A DNA stretch of 47,657 nt, filler included, from Streblomastix strix (GCA_008636045.1; 2 parts of 2 records of this genome joined end to end with filler, not necessarily neighbours in it), one strand, 5' to 3'. Positions 23,888 to 37,924 are shown, counted from the first letter of the whole stretch. Notes: generated by a model not told the origin, from the sequence alone. A program made the numbers and translations.

Positions 23888-26581
23888 ATGTTATTTATTT
23901 TATTGTTATTATTTATTATCATCTTAAATAAATTATGACGAGTTATTAGGAATTGTACATATATCAATTATTAATTGTTAAAAAGCATCAGAAACAATTT
24001 CAATTTCAACATCTTTAATATTTTTCATTTCCTTCTTCTCACAATTTAATTAATATTCATATTCATATTCATCATAAATCTAATCAACTATTGGTACAAT
24101 TCCTCTTCCTTATTATTTCAATTCTTTCCATTGATATTATTTATTTTCTTATTATTATTCTATTTGTTGTTCTCCATCTGTTATTACTTAGAATAATAAT
24201 AAAGATAATTTCTTAACAAATTTATTAATTCTTAATTATTCTTTCTCTTTTTATTCTTCTTCTTTCATTAACTCTTACTTTTATTCTAAACTATTATTTT
24301 ATTTTATATTATTTTTATCCTCTTAATCATCAATTTCTGTTACTTTTCCAAAGATGACTTCAATTCCTTCTTCTTTCTCTTATTTATTCTGTTCCTTGAT
24401 TTCTTCTACAATTAATTATTCATTTCTATTTTCCTTCTTTTTCTTTATTTGTCTTTATTCAAACTTCTTAGGCCTTTTACTCTCCGAATAAATAACAATA
24501 TTTTTCTCTTTATTTTCAATATTCTTGTTGTCTTTACAAATAAATGGGAAAATTGGTTCAAAACAATTATTTCCAAAGAATTGATGATATTTCTTAATTT
24601 ATTCTATATGATTCAAGTATTACTAATCTCTGTTTAATTATTGTTCTTATTTATTTTCATTGTTATTCTTATTCAGTTCTTTTATCTTCATTCTTGTATT
24701 CTATATCAAATCAAATATATCCATTATTAAGAATTTATTTCTAACTGTAATTTATCCTCTTTATTATTATTATAGTTTATATTATTCTTTCTTCAGTTCA
24801 CTATTCTTAATAATATCTCCATTTTCTTCTTCATCTGTATTCATTTCTAATAATTCATTATTTCCTTTCAAAATATTATTAAACCAAATCTCTATTAATT
24901 GAATTAATGATTATTTATTCTTATCCATTTCTTATTCTTCTAATAATAATGCAAACCCAGATGTCTTTACAAATTAACACAATTCATCAACACTATCATT
25001 TATATCCTTTAAATTAAATTAATTATTATTTAGTTATACTTTTTCTTGTCTTTCTATCAATCGTCCGCATATCCAACTCTAGACAATATATTTCAACACA
25101 TTACATTTATTCTTTCTTTGGTTCAATTAATTAATATTATTATTATCGTTCTCTTCATCAGATTATATAACTCCAATATTATAAAGCTCTCCAATGAACA
25201 TTGATAATCCAATTCTTTTTAATTTCTTCATTTCTTTTATTTCTTCTTAACTCATCAATGTATTTTATTATTAAGATTACGATTCTGTTTCTGAAAAAGA
25301 GGAGAATAATTATTTTTCTAAAATAATGAAGATTTGACGGATGAAAAGTGAAGGATGATTTGGAAATATATGAATCTAATCTTTTTCATTTCCCAATTTA
25401 ATGATTTATGTTTCTAAATCAGTATCAATTCCTTTATTCTTTTAATCCTTCATCTTCTTCTCTCTTATTTCAACATCATCAAACATCATTTTCACCAAAT
25501 ATGCATAAACTCGAACAAATTTCTTCTCAAAAAATGCTTTTTCACACAATTCATCACAAATTTATATTATTATTTATTTTGATTTTAAGAATGGTATAAA
25601 GTCTGTCTTAAAATATAAAGATAGTGTTTCTTCAGTTAATCTATTGAAAAATCCTTAAATGTGATGAATACACATCTATTCTTCTTCTTAGTTAATTGGA
25701 GATAAATAATAATATTATTTTAGTGAAGATGGTGAAAATGGTTCATTATCAGATTCTTCACTATTATTATTCCCACTATTTTATTCTATAATGTCTTAAT
25801 CTATTATTATATTTTCATTATACTCATTATCCTTTAAATTAAATTATTATTCATCAAATACTATTCCCTTCTTCCTTAATTCAATCATTTTCCTTATTCT
25901 ATCCATCCTCATCTTCTTCATTTATTATTCTTATTATTTCTTTGTTTTCACTCTTTGGCTCTTCCATTATTTATTATTAAGAGATTCATTTATTGTATTA
26001 GATGTTGGTTAAGAGATATTTTATATTTTAATTTAATTCACATTCTTTTCTTGTTATTATGAATCTATTGATGTTATTTCATTTTAATGATGTATATTCT
26101 CTGATGACGAATTACTATCTTAAATATTCATTTATTTGATCTGTTAATTATTGGTTTAAATGTTTGACGGTTATTTAATAATAATTTAAGGTTTATTTAA
26201 TAAATGAGCATTATTCTTAGATGTAATAATAACTGATGGAAGTTGAGGTAAATGTTAATTGAATTAAGATTATAACTTTGGAGATGATTTTATCTAAGAT
26301 TGTATATTTGGAGATGTTAATAAAGGAGATTAGATTTAATTCTTTGGTTACACTGATATCAGAGATGGAATTACAGATGGATGTTGAGTAGATTTCATTT
26401 AATTATTTCTATTATATTGTCCATGTTAAGAAAATTATGGTCTTTAGAATTCCTATTATTAATTGTGGTATTAATTGTGAATAAATTGTGGAGGATCATG
26501 AATTTAATTCAAATAAGGTGAGTTTGAATATTAATTAATATCTGAAGAATATTATAATTAATTAATTTAAGGAGAAACATT

Positions 26582-26627
<46 letters not shown>

Positions 26628-27019
26628 AATAATAATATGTCAGATAAAACTTTTGGCAAATTCATGTCCTATGGAATTGTTAAATCAATTGTCTCAATGT
26701 AAATAAATAATTTATAAGGATATTTTCTAGATTGCCTATTAAATATTTCTTTAAATAATTATATTTTCTAATTTTCAGTCTCTTAACTATTTATCACTTA
26801 TTAAATTTCTTCATTTTCTTTGTAGTTATCCTTAATATCTTGGATCACGCTATTGGCATTTATATTCGGTTTAAGATAAGACAGTTAATTTTATTTTTAA
26901 TCAAAACTATGATACTATGCACCAGTTAAATTAGATGTAAGAAGTACAGAATGCTAAGGAAAAGGTGGAATTTAATACAACATAGGATGATTATTGCTCA
27001 AAAGCGATTAAGTATTCAT
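23888..27019 (-). CDS. MIF4G-domain protein, eIF4G-like (3'-partial)
   Basis: Open from ATG 27019 to the contig end. Q/N/P-rich N-terminus with poly-Asn. MIF4G motifs IQGFFNRLTEET, CEKAFFEKKFVRVYAYLV, KRIGLSMFIGELYNIGVI, DECVQFVKTSG, RNKFLIMDIFDL (~24700-25670). Confidence 0.8.
26584..26623. repeat. (TAT)n microsatellite encoding poly-Asn on the minus strand (second copy 30835-30874)
   Basis: About 13 perfect units. Confidence 0.9.
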
Positions 27020-27811
27020 ATTAATCCTGTTAAACAACATAAATTTAAACAATATAATAATATATATAATATAATATGTTTATTATTGATGAATAATAAA
27101 TGTATGTTGTTGTACAGCGCTTTTTTAATAATTACTTGTCAAAAATTTCTATTAACTGAATAAAATCAATATTATTCGAGTATATTTATAGTAAATTCAA
27201 TTGGGAAAAATTAAAAAATTAAAAAAAATAATATTTCAAATTATTATTCATCATAAGAATTGCGTAGAAAGCAACTTAATATTAAAACTTTCCTGCAAGG
27301 TTTTTCAGTTAGTGTTTAATATTTTTTATATTTATGTAGTAATACAAATATAAAATATATTTAGATAAATAAAATAAGTTTAAGTAACCAAAAATTATAT
27401 GCTGCCATGAAGTACATTTCAGAATTTTTAATTTGTTATACTCGCGGTTGCAATTTACTATTTCTTAGTAATTCATATTTATGGCTTATTAAATTGTTAT
27501 TATACATGCTTAATGCTTCATTTCAAACTATTATCTATCCTTAGTAACATATACACATACAATTAAATATTATAAACAAATCATTACCCTGTCTCTGAAG
27601 GAGACGAGGATAATAATTAATTACCCCCTAATCTTCTTATCTCACATCTTTATTGAGATGTCATTGTTAGCGAAACTGTAATTTACATTATTTTCACCTT
27701 CACAATGCTAAGATAATAATGAACTAGAATCTTATGATGAAGACTTTTTATTTTTTATTTTGCTGATATATCACTTACTATTCATTCATTTGTTTTATGT
27801 TTTGTTTAGAG

Positions 27812-30194
27812 ATGGATGAATTTGGAGCTTCATAAGAAAATTTTCTCATTCAATTTTCAGAAAAGTTTGGATATGAGGCCGTAGCTCCTCGAGATATGGT
27901 ACCAGGTGATGAATTGATTGCTGCAGAATCAGCTTTTGCTTATTCATTGGCCAATTTAAAAATATGCAGATGCGCCAATTGTATAAAGAAATGTGAAAGC
28001 GATAAAATTATGCGATGCTCAAAATGTAAAAAAGTAAAATACTGTTCAAAAGAATGTTAAAAAGCCCATTGGAAATTCATCCACAAAATTGAATGTAATT
28101 TACTTCAGATATAAACTCCTTAGCCAATTGAAGGTTCTATGTTACTTGCATTAAGAACTTTGCTTAAATATGGATAACTAAAATAATCATAAGATGATGA
28201 ATAGTGTACAGATATTATGCCTGGATTAGATTAGGATGGACAGAGAATATCTCCTGATGACAGTACAATTGAACTATACAACATACAAAGGCTTCCACGA
28301 ATTCACTACTTTGAAGAGAATGATATATTAAGACTTATTTGCAATGATGATAAGTTTGAAGCAGAGAAAAAAGATACAATTAAAGCTACTGCTCATATTC
28401 TGACCAATCTAATTGGTAATCCGTTTGCTTATTTTTATACATCTATTGTATATAGTTTTATTTATTCCTATTTATTAACTTTATTAATAGAAACGTAATT
28501 GATTAAAACATTGCTGAATAAATTATAAATAGACTTGGTTGTACAGCTATTTCAGCCTATGATGAAGAAATGATGGTTTCTATGAAAACTTGTTTTATTT
28601 ATAATAAAATATAGAATAATCTATTTATGGAATAAAATTTACTATCAATTACATTTATTATTTTTTCTTTATTAATTATAGGGAGTTACAATGACAGCTT
28701 TATATCCGCGCATTGCATTATTCTTTAATCATAGTTGTCGGCCAAATTGTACAGCAGTTTTCTGGAGAACTGGATAAGAAAAAATATTTGCATAAGAAGG
28801 TTAGTAATTAATATTTACATAAATTATTTAATATTTATTTATATTTATTTATTTTAAATATTAATTTTCAGTTCTCCAAACACAACACATTCAGATCCGA
28901 TTAATAGCTCCAGTCCATGAAGGTTTTAATAAATAATATTATATTACTTTTTTAGTTAATTTATTCATTTTGTAATAGGTGAACCTCTTACTATATCATA
29001 TGTTGATACATCATCAAAAAGAAAGAGATAGAATATGCTCAGATCTCAATTCTATTTTGAATGCAATTGTGTAAGGTTAATTCATTATTTATTTTAGGTA
29101 TTGCTTTTATTTTTATGATTTCTGCGAAATTATTTTAATAGATGTAAGGAAACAAATGATAATATATCTCGTTTTAGACAATAAATGCTTGAATCTCCTA
29201 ATTAAGATTCATAGATTCAAGATAAAGAAAAAACTAATTAGGATAAATAAGATAATGATAAAAATCTTGAATAAACACAACTATCTGTTCCATCCAGTTA
29301 ATAAACATAACCAATAATTCCGATTGATTTATTGTCAGAAGCTTTAGTTTGTGATTGTGGTGGAATAATTGTCTTAATTGAATAAACTAGTGAATGTAGT
29401 GAATCTCTATATTTTTGCATTAAATGTAAGAGTGTATATCATCTACATCCATAATAATCAGATGAATAACCATAATCACCAATATAACCCCTTCAAACCA
29501 ATCATTATTATATATCCCCATAACTTTAATCATTAATTAATTAAGGGAGGAATATATTAGAAAGAGCCACGCAGTTGTGGGAGAAGAAAGAAGAAGGATC
29601 AGAATAGAATGCATCTGATATACTCCAGGAATTATTAAATTATATCAATTCTTTAAAAGATAATAATTAAACAGATAATAAAGAAGAAGATGGATTAATT
29701 AAGCCTATAAATAGATAATGTTATCTTCATGAATTTCATGAGATTATCTTTTAATCCAAATAACTTCTTTTCCACATTTTCATCGATCAATAAAAATTCA
29801 ATGAGGCTCTGTTGATTGGATAATAATTAATGAATGCATTAGAAGGTTTTTAATACTTCTTTCTATTTATTAATTATATATAATTATCCATTTTGTTACT
29901 TCAGCATATCACGAGAATTATCCTTCATTGATATTTGGAATGAGTGTAGCATAATAGGCTAAACTTGAGTGGCTATTTGGAAACAGTAGTGAAGCTTATA
30001 AACTGTTTAAAAAGGTTTTAATTATTTCTTTATTTATTAATATATATTTGATTATTAATATCTAATTTGAACAGGCTGTTGAAATATTATCAATTTCACA
30101 CGGTCAAGAATCATCCATTGTTATATCTCTTCGTTCTTAATTGAATGAAGCAGAAGCTGAAGTTCGAATGAGGATGAGAGCTGGAAATGAATGA
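27812..30194 (+). CDS. SMYD-family SET-MYND lysine methyltransferase, copy 1 (multi-intron)
   Basis: S-sequence FGYEAVAPRDMVPGDELIAAE; MYND finger CANC...[51 protein letters not shown]; post-SET QFYFECNC-RC; TPR-like AVEILSISHG. TGA at 30192-30194. Start codon uncertain. Confidence 0.9.
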
Positions 30195-30397
30195 CTTTAT
30201 TAGGTCTATTTAAATTTATTAGTAAATATAAACTCCTATTTGAATAACAATTTTTTTATGGAGTGAATTTTATAATGTACTTAATAAAAATCTGATTTTA
30301 ATTATATATAAATTATTATATTAAATCTAATCTCCTTTATTAACATCTCCAAATAAATAATCTTAGATCAGATCATCTCCAAAGTTATAATCTTAAT

Positions 30398-30832
30398 TCA
30401 ATTAACGCTTGCCTCAACTTCCATCTGGTTCAGGTAGAAATCCAGAGCTTGCGACTGGGTTTTATTTTTAGATGTAATAATAACTGATGGAAGTTGAGGT
30501 AAATGTTAATTGAATTAAGATTATAACTTAGGAGATGATTTTATCTAAGATTGTATATTTGGAGATGTTAATAAAGGAGATTAGATTTAATTCTTTGGTT
30601 ACACTGATATCAGAGATGGAATTACAGATGGATGTTGAGTAGATTTCATTTAATTATTTCTATTATATTGTCCATGTTAAGAAAATTATGGTCTTTAGAA
30701 TTCCTATTATTAATTGTGGTATTAATTGTGAATAAATTGTGGAGGATCATGAATTTAATTCAAATAAGGTGAGTTTGAATATTAATTAATATCTGAAGAA
30801 TATTATAATTAATTAATTTAAGGAGAAACATT

Positions 30833-30878
<46 letters not shown>

Positions 30879-31270
30879 AATAATAATATGTCAGATAAAA
30901 CTTTTGGCAAATTCATGTCCTATGGAATTGTTAAATCAATTGTCTCAATGTAAATAAATAATTTATAAGGATATTTTCTAGATTGCCTATTAAATATTTC
31001 TTTAAATAATTATATTTTCTAATTTTCAGTCTCTTAACTATTTATCACTTATTAAATTTCTTCATTTTCTTTGTAGTTATCCTTAATATCTTGGATCACG
31101 CTATTGGCATTTATATTCGGTTTAAGATAAGACAGTTAATTTTATTTTTAATCAAAACTATGATACTATGCACCAGTTAAATTAGATGTAAGAAGTACAG
31201 AATGCTAAGGAAAAGGTGGAATTTAATACAACATAGGATGATTATTGCTCAAAAGCGATTAAGTATTCAT
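30398..31270 (-). pseudogene. Truncated duplicate of the eIF4G-like N-terminus (no MIF4G domain)
   Basis: Copy of 26211-27019. It reads through the junction spacer (KTQSQALDFYLNQMEVEASVN*) to TGA at 30398-30400. Confidence 0.7.
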
Positions 31271-32062
31271 ATTAATCCTGTTAAACAACATAAATTTAAA
31301 CAATATAATAATATATATAATATAATATGTTTATTATTGATGAATAATAAATGTATGTTGTTGTACAGCGCTTTTTTAATAATTACTTGTCAAAAATTTC
31401 TATTAACTGAATAAAATCAATATTATTCGAGTATATTTATAGTAAATTCAATTGGGAAAAATTAAAAAATTAAAAAAAATAATATTTCAAATTATTATTC
31501 ATCATAAGAATTGCGTAGAAAGCAACTTAATATTAAAACTTTCCTGCAAGGTTTTTCAGTTAGTGTTTAATATTTTTTATATTTATGTAGTAATACAAAT
31601 ATAAAATATATTTAGATAAATAAAATAAGTTTAAGTAACCAAAAATTATATGCTGCCATGAAGTACATTTCAGAATTTTTAATTTGTTATACTCGCGGTT
31701 GCAATTTACTATTTCTTAGTAATTCATATTTATGGCTTATTAAATTGTTATTATACATGCTTAATGCTTCATTTCAAACTATTATCTATCCTTAGTAACA
31801 TATACACATACAATTAAATATTATAAACAAATCATTACCCTGTCTCTGAAGGAGACGAGGATAATAATTAATTACCCCCTAATCTTCTTATCTCACATCT
31901 TTATTGAGATGTCATTGTTAGCGAAACTGTAATTTACATTATTTTCACCTTCACAATGCTAAGATAATAATGAACTAGAATCTTATGATGAAGACTTTTT
32001 ATTTTTTATTTTGCTGATATATCACTTACTATTCATTCATTTGTTTTATGTTTTGTTTAGAG

Positions 32063-34445
32063 ATGGATGAATTTGGAGCTTCATAAGAAAATTTTCTCAT
32101 TCAATTTTCAGAAAAGTTTGGATATGAGGCCGTAGCTCCTCGAGATATGGTACCAGGTGATGAATTGATTGCTGCAGAATCAGCTTTTGCTTATTCATTG
32201 GCCAATTTAAAAATATGCAGATGCGCCAATTGTATAAAGAAATGTGAAAGCGATAAAATTATGCGATGCTCAAAATGTAAAAAAGTAAAATACTGTTCAA
32301 AAGAATGTTAAAAAGCCCATTGGAAATTCATCCACAAAATTGAATGTAATTTACTTCAGATATAAACTCCTTAGCCAATTGAAGGTTCTATGTTACTTGC
32401 ATTAAGAACTTTGCTTAAATATGGATAACTAAAATAATCATAAGATGATGAATAGTGTACAGATATTATGCCTGGATTAGATTAGGATGGACAGAGAATA
32501 TCTCCTGATGACAGTACAATTGAACTATACAACATACAAAGGCTTCCACGAATTCACTACTTTGAAGAGAATGATATATTAAGACTTATTTGCAATGATG
32601 ATAAGTTTGAAGCAGAGAAAAAAGATACAATTAAAGCTACTGCTCATATTCTGACCAATCTAATTGGTAATCCGTTTGCTTATTTTTATACATCTATTGT
32701 ATATAGTTTTATTTATTCCTATTTATTAACTTTATTAATAGAAACGTAATTGATTAAAACATTGCTGAATAAATTATAAATAGACTTGGTTGTACAGCTA
32801 TTTCAGCCTATGATGAAGAAATGATGGTTTCTATGAAAACTTGTTTTATTTATAATAAAATATAGAATAATCTATTTATGGAATAAAATTTACTATCAAT
32901 TACATTTATTATTTTTTCTTTATTAATTATAGGGAGTTACAATGACAGCTTTATATCCGCGCATTGCATTATTCTTTAATCATAGTTGTCGGCCAAATTG
33001 TACAGCAGTTTTCTGGAGAACTGGATAAGAAAAAATATTTGCATAAGAAGGTTAGTAATTAATATTTACATAAATTATTTAATATTTATTTATATTTATT
33101 TATTTTAAATATTAATTTTCAGTTCTCCAAACACAACACATTCAGATCCGATTAATAGCTCCAGTCCATGAAGGTTTTAATAAATAATATTATATTACTT
33201 TTTTAGTTAATTTATTCATTTTGTAATAGGTGAACCTCTTACTATATCATATGTTGATACATCATCAAAAAGAAAGAGATAGAATATGCTCAGATCTCAA
33301 TTCTATTTTGAATGCAATTGTGTAAGGTTAATTCATTATTTATTTTAGGTATTGCTTTTATTTTTATGATTTCTGCGAAATTATTTTAATAGATGTAAGG
33401 AAACAAATGATAATATATCTCGTTTTAGACAATAAATGCTTGAATCTCCTAATTAAGATTCATAGATTCAAGATAAAGAAAAAACTAATTAGGATAAATA
33501 AGATAATGATAAAAATCTTGAATAAACACAACTATCTGTTCCATCCAGTTAATAAACATAACCAATAATTCCGATTGATTTATTGTCAGAAGCTTTAGTT
33601 TGTGATTGTGGTGGAATAATTGTCTTAATTGAATAAACTAGTGAATGTAGTGAATCTCTATATTTTTGCATTAAATGTAAGAGTGTATATCATCTACATC
33701 CATAATAATCAGATGAATAACCATAATCACCAATATAACCCCTTCAAACCAATCATTATTATATATCCCCATAACTTTAATCATTAATTAATTAAGGGAG
33801 GAATATATTAGAAAGAGCCACGCAGTTGTGGGAGAAGAAAGAAGAAGGATCAGAATAGAATGCATCTGATATACTCCAGGAATTATTAAATTATATCAAT
33901 TCTTTAAAAGATAATAATTAAACAGATAATAAAGAAGAAGATGGATTAATTAAGCCTATAAATAGATAATGTTATCTTCATGAATTTCATGAGATTATCT
34001 TTTAATCCAAATAACTTCTTTTCCACATTTTCATCGATCAATAAAAATTCAATGAGGCTCTGTTGATTGGATAATAATTAATGAATGCATTAGAAGGTTT
34101 TTAATACTTCTTTCTATTTATTAATTATATATAATTATCCATTTTGTTACTTCAGCATATCACGAGAATTATCCTTCATTGATATTTGGAATGAGTGTAG
34201 CATAATAGGCTAAACTTGAGTGGCTATTTGGAAACAGTAGTGAAGCTTATAAACTGTTTAAAAAGGTTTTAATTATTTCTTTATTTATTAATATATATTT
34301 GATTATTAATATCTAATTTGAACAGGCTGTTGAAATATTATCAATTTCACACGGTCAAGAATCATCCATTGTTATATCTCTTCGTTCTTAATTGAATGAA
34401 GCAGAAGCTGAAGTTCGAATGAGGATGAGAGCTGGAAATGAATGA
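32063..34445 (+). CDS. SMYD-family SET-MYND lysine methyltransferase, copy 2
   Basis: Apparently identical to 27812-30194, shifted by 4,251 bp. Confidence 0.88.
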
Positions 34446-34570
34446 CTTTATTAGGTCTATTTAAATTTATTAGTAAATATAAACTCCTATTTGAATAACA
34501 ATTTTTTTATGGAGTGAATTTTATAATGTACTTAATAAAAATCTGATTTTAATTATATATAAATTATTAT

Positions 34571-34742
34571 ATTAAATCTAATCTCCTTTATTAACATCTC
34601 CAAATAAATAATCTTAGATCAGATCATCTCCAAAGTTATAATCTTAATTCAATTAACATTTACCTCAACTTCCATCAGTTATTATTAAATTTAAGAATAA
34701 TGATCATTTATTAAATAAACCTTAAATTATTATTAAATAACC
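34571..34742. repeat. 172-bp diverged inverted copy of 26169-26340 (partial copy at 30320-30425)
   Basis: ATTAAATCTAATCTCCTTTATTAACATCTCC...TAAATAACC is the reverse complement of GGTTATTTA...GGAGATGTTAATAAAGGAGATTAGATTTAAT, with scattered substitutions. Confidence 0.9.
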
Positions 34743-34950
34743 TATTATAGATAAAATAGACTCTTCAATGAATAAACCTTTTTTCTTGAAATTACATTTT
34801 CTAGCCAAGATAAAGCTCTCTTTGTAAATAAAACTAAATTATAATTGGAGTTATATTTAATTCTAGCATTTTCTATAGATAAACATATCTTATTTTACGC
34901 ATTTTTTATTAATTTATCAAATAATTTTAATATTTATTATTATTTAGAAA

Positions 34951-35384
34951 ATGACTTAACCATCAATTTTCCAGTAGTTTTTTTAGAACATTGTTGGACA
35001 GAATATAACTGTAGAGCTTAAGAATGATGTTACAGTCCATGGAACTCTCAAAATGATTGATAAATATATGAATCTTAAATTAACTTTGTTGGAAATTATA
35101 GAAAAGGATAAATATCCTTAACTGGTTTGCATAATACAATAAAACGTAATTTGATTATTATTATATTCATTATAAGTTCTCAGTAAAGGAATTATTTATA
35201 CGCGCTTCATCTGTTAGATACATTCATATGGATCCAAAGGCAGTCGATCTAAATAAAATACAAGTGTGATTAGTAATATCTACATATTATTGAAAGATTG
35301 AATTCAATATTTATTTATTATTTCTTTCTGGATTAGTAAGAAGCAGCTAACCAAGGGATTAAGGAATAAGTCTAACAAATTTGA
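34951..35384 (+). CDS. LSM2: U6 snRNA-associated Sm-like protein LSm2; 2 introns
   Basis: IFQQFFQNIVGQNITVELKNDVTVHGTLKMIDKYMNLKL...DKYPQL|FSVKELFIRASSVRYIHMDPKAVD. Last exon tentative. Confidence 0.85.
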
Positions 35385-35409
35385 AGTGTACAATACATAA
35401 TATTAAATA

Positions 35410-36240
35410 TCAAGATTACTCTTCATTATTTAATTATTATTTGTCTGGATCTTCTTTTTATTTTATTTAATCATCTTTTTCCTCCTAATCTTGTTTTTCT
35501 TCTTTCTTTATTTCTTTTCCTTCTTCTTTATCTTTTATTTTATCTTTTTATTTATCTTTTTTATCCTTCTTCTATTCTTTTGGTTTCTCCTTTTCTTTAA
35601 TTGGCTCTTTCTCTTCTTAAACTAATCCAGCTCCTGCTTTTTCTCTGGAATCTACTATTATTGTAATGGGCCCTTGATTAGTTAAGTTGACCTACATTTT
35701 TTCACCGAATATTCCTGTTTGTATTTTATCTGGCGAATATAGAGTTTTCATTTTGGCAACTAACTCTTCAAACATTATTTTTGCTTATTCATGACTTTTT
35801 GCATGATGAAAATCTGGTTTTGCTATAGAAATAATAATGAATAATATTGGTGGTTAAAGAATTGTATTAAACGCTTTCTTATGTCGGCGTGGAGGGTAAA
35901 TTAAGAAACTAACAAAAGTTCACCTCCTACATCTTCGATGCTTTTGCGCCAAAACTCAAATATTATAGAATAATGATATCAAAGAATAATAATAAATTGC
36001 ATACAACATCACCTTCAGGGAAGAGACGAAGCTTCAACAATTTCTTGCATATGAAATCCGAGTCCTAATTTAATATTCAAACACTAAATGTTCATGAAGT
36101 TATTTAATTTATGTGCAAACTGCAGCAGAATCATCATCGCTTATGCCTATTAATACCATATATCCCATATTAACTTTTGATACTTCCACATCATTAACAA
36201 CAACACTAGCACCAGAAACGACTTAAATAATAGCCCTCAT
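35410..36240 (-). CDS. DTD1: D-aminoacyl-tRNA deacylase with charged K/E/Q C-terminal tail; 3 introns
   Basis: MRAIIQVVSGASVVV...GYMVLIGI, KLRLFP, LLLVSQFTL, KPDFH, GIFGEKMQVNLTNQGPIT. Confidence 0.92.
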
Positions 36241-36572
36241 ATCGTTGATAAAAATATATCCTATAAAGAATCAATATAAATTAGTTAAAAACATTATAAT
36301 TATAACAATATGTTAAAATATTGTTCATTTAATATATATAGATATTTTTAATGTCTTAGATAAAGCAAAATTTTCATTTTTTCTTTCATTATCATCTCAT
36401 TAACTACCAACATGTCTAATTTTAAAACATATTAAACATTTCTTCATGAATAATTTAACTGAGAATAATTATTGTTATTAATAATCATAAAAATACTTAT
36501 AGGTATCAGAATCTTGCTATATAAAGTTTGTTATCAAAATCACACTTTTTGACCAATTCACAAAATTTTATT

Positions 36573-37924
36573 TCACTTTTTATAAATAAGTGGGTCTAAA
36601 TCGCCAATGCTTTTATCTGCATCTAAAGTGAAGTGGGCATTTGTATCTGGAGGAATTTACACAGTTGTTTGCTATTCACCCTTCGCCACTTAACTATTCC
36701 CAAGTTGCACATAATCTACACCAGAAGAAGATGATGATGAGGGTAAAAATGGATGATGTAAAGCATCACTCTATAATTGTTAAACTAAGTAGTCAGGAGG
36801 TGCAATATTAGAAAGAATGGGTGAATCAGATGTTGCATGGTTTGAATATAAGGATGTTGATGATGATGTTTATGCATCATTTTCTATTTCTTACATTGGT
36901 GTATAAAACTTTGAATGAGATGAAGGAGGTATTTAAACAGAAAGATATGGAGAATGCATTGATTATAATTGAGATTATTGATATTAAGAAGAAGATGATT
37001 ATGCTTATTCAATAATAGCTTTTTGTCTCTTCTTCTTCTCATCAATGCTTTTCTTTGATGGTGGAGGAATGTCAGTAACTGTTCCATCAACATCATTATC
37101 ATTATCACTTCCAATTCCTTCTTCAGCAGCTTTATTACCTTTCTTAATTTTATTTGATTTGGTCTTAACAATTATATCTTTATCTGGGACTAATGTTACA
37201 TTTTATCCTTTCCATTTGATTACTATTCTTTTTATCATATTTCCAAACTAATGATTAAATAAAATAAGAAATTGTGTAAATACGAAAATGAATTCAAACT
37301 CTTAGAACGAATGAAAAGCAAAATGTATCAATTGCTAATTCTCTTATTATATCAAGAACAATCAGTGCATTCCATTCTGATTAAAATGATTGATATTTGT
37401 AATCAAAATAAAAAGAATAAATAAGAGAATAATGTTATAATACCACTTTTTCTAGTTGATATAATAGTTGAAATGATATCCTTAGGAATGAAATAGAATG
37501 TAAAAAGAGACATTAAGATTAAGAAAGGGACTGCAATAATAAGAATCCACTTGTCTCCGCTATCAAGGATTGGAGAAGACCATTATAAGAAAGATTTGGC
37601 TTTAAAACGGATTTTATATTTCTTTTTACAGATCTCACAATCTAAGAGGATGAATATGATAATAAAAATGATTGATATAATAATATAACATCAATTAAGC
37701 AAACTTTCCCAATCACGGTTCGTACTTTGGCATGATTTGACCCATTCAGAAAGGCATTCGAGATGCACCTACAACTCCATAAAATAAAATCGGAAATAAA
37801 GAAAAATTTATCATACAAATCCAACAGATCCTTTGCAGTCACATGGACGAAGAAGCGTAAGTTCTGGATCAGTTGCACGGCAAATTCGGCACTCGGACCC
37901 ATCTTACACAGGTTAGTCCGCCAT
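36573..37924 (-). CDS. MARCH-type RING-CH (RINGv) membrane E3 ubiquitin ligase; multi-intron
   Basis: MADQPVQDGSECRICRATDPELTLLRPCDCKGSVGF|VHLECLSEWVKS...|CEICKKKY, followed by a hydrophobic segment WILIIAVPFLILMSLFTFYFI and an S/Q/P-rich tail. 3' end tentative. Confidence 0.85.

Larger units (their letters stand above)
26211..34676 (+). repeat. Near-identical tandem duplication, period 4,251 bp (26211-30425 and 30462-34676)
   Basis: Identical ORF-track hits at 26951 and 31202. The sequences match line by line; the few mismatches I saw are near the junction. Confidence 0.95.

Noticed and set aside
24449..25599. Hydrophobic F/L/I/S-rich plus-strand ORFs (also 38517-38900 and 40430-40669)
   Set aside because: Antisense shadows of K/E/Q/N-rich minus-strand genes, not membrane proteins.
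26951..27163. Duplicated 70-aa ORF (also 31202-31414)
   Set aside because: Overlaps the eIF4G-like start antisense and AT-rich intergenic DNA; repeated only because of the duplication.
37642..37902. ORF-track 86-aa protein MGPSAEF...
   Set aside because: Wrong frame; the RING-CH motif is in another frame starting at 37924.
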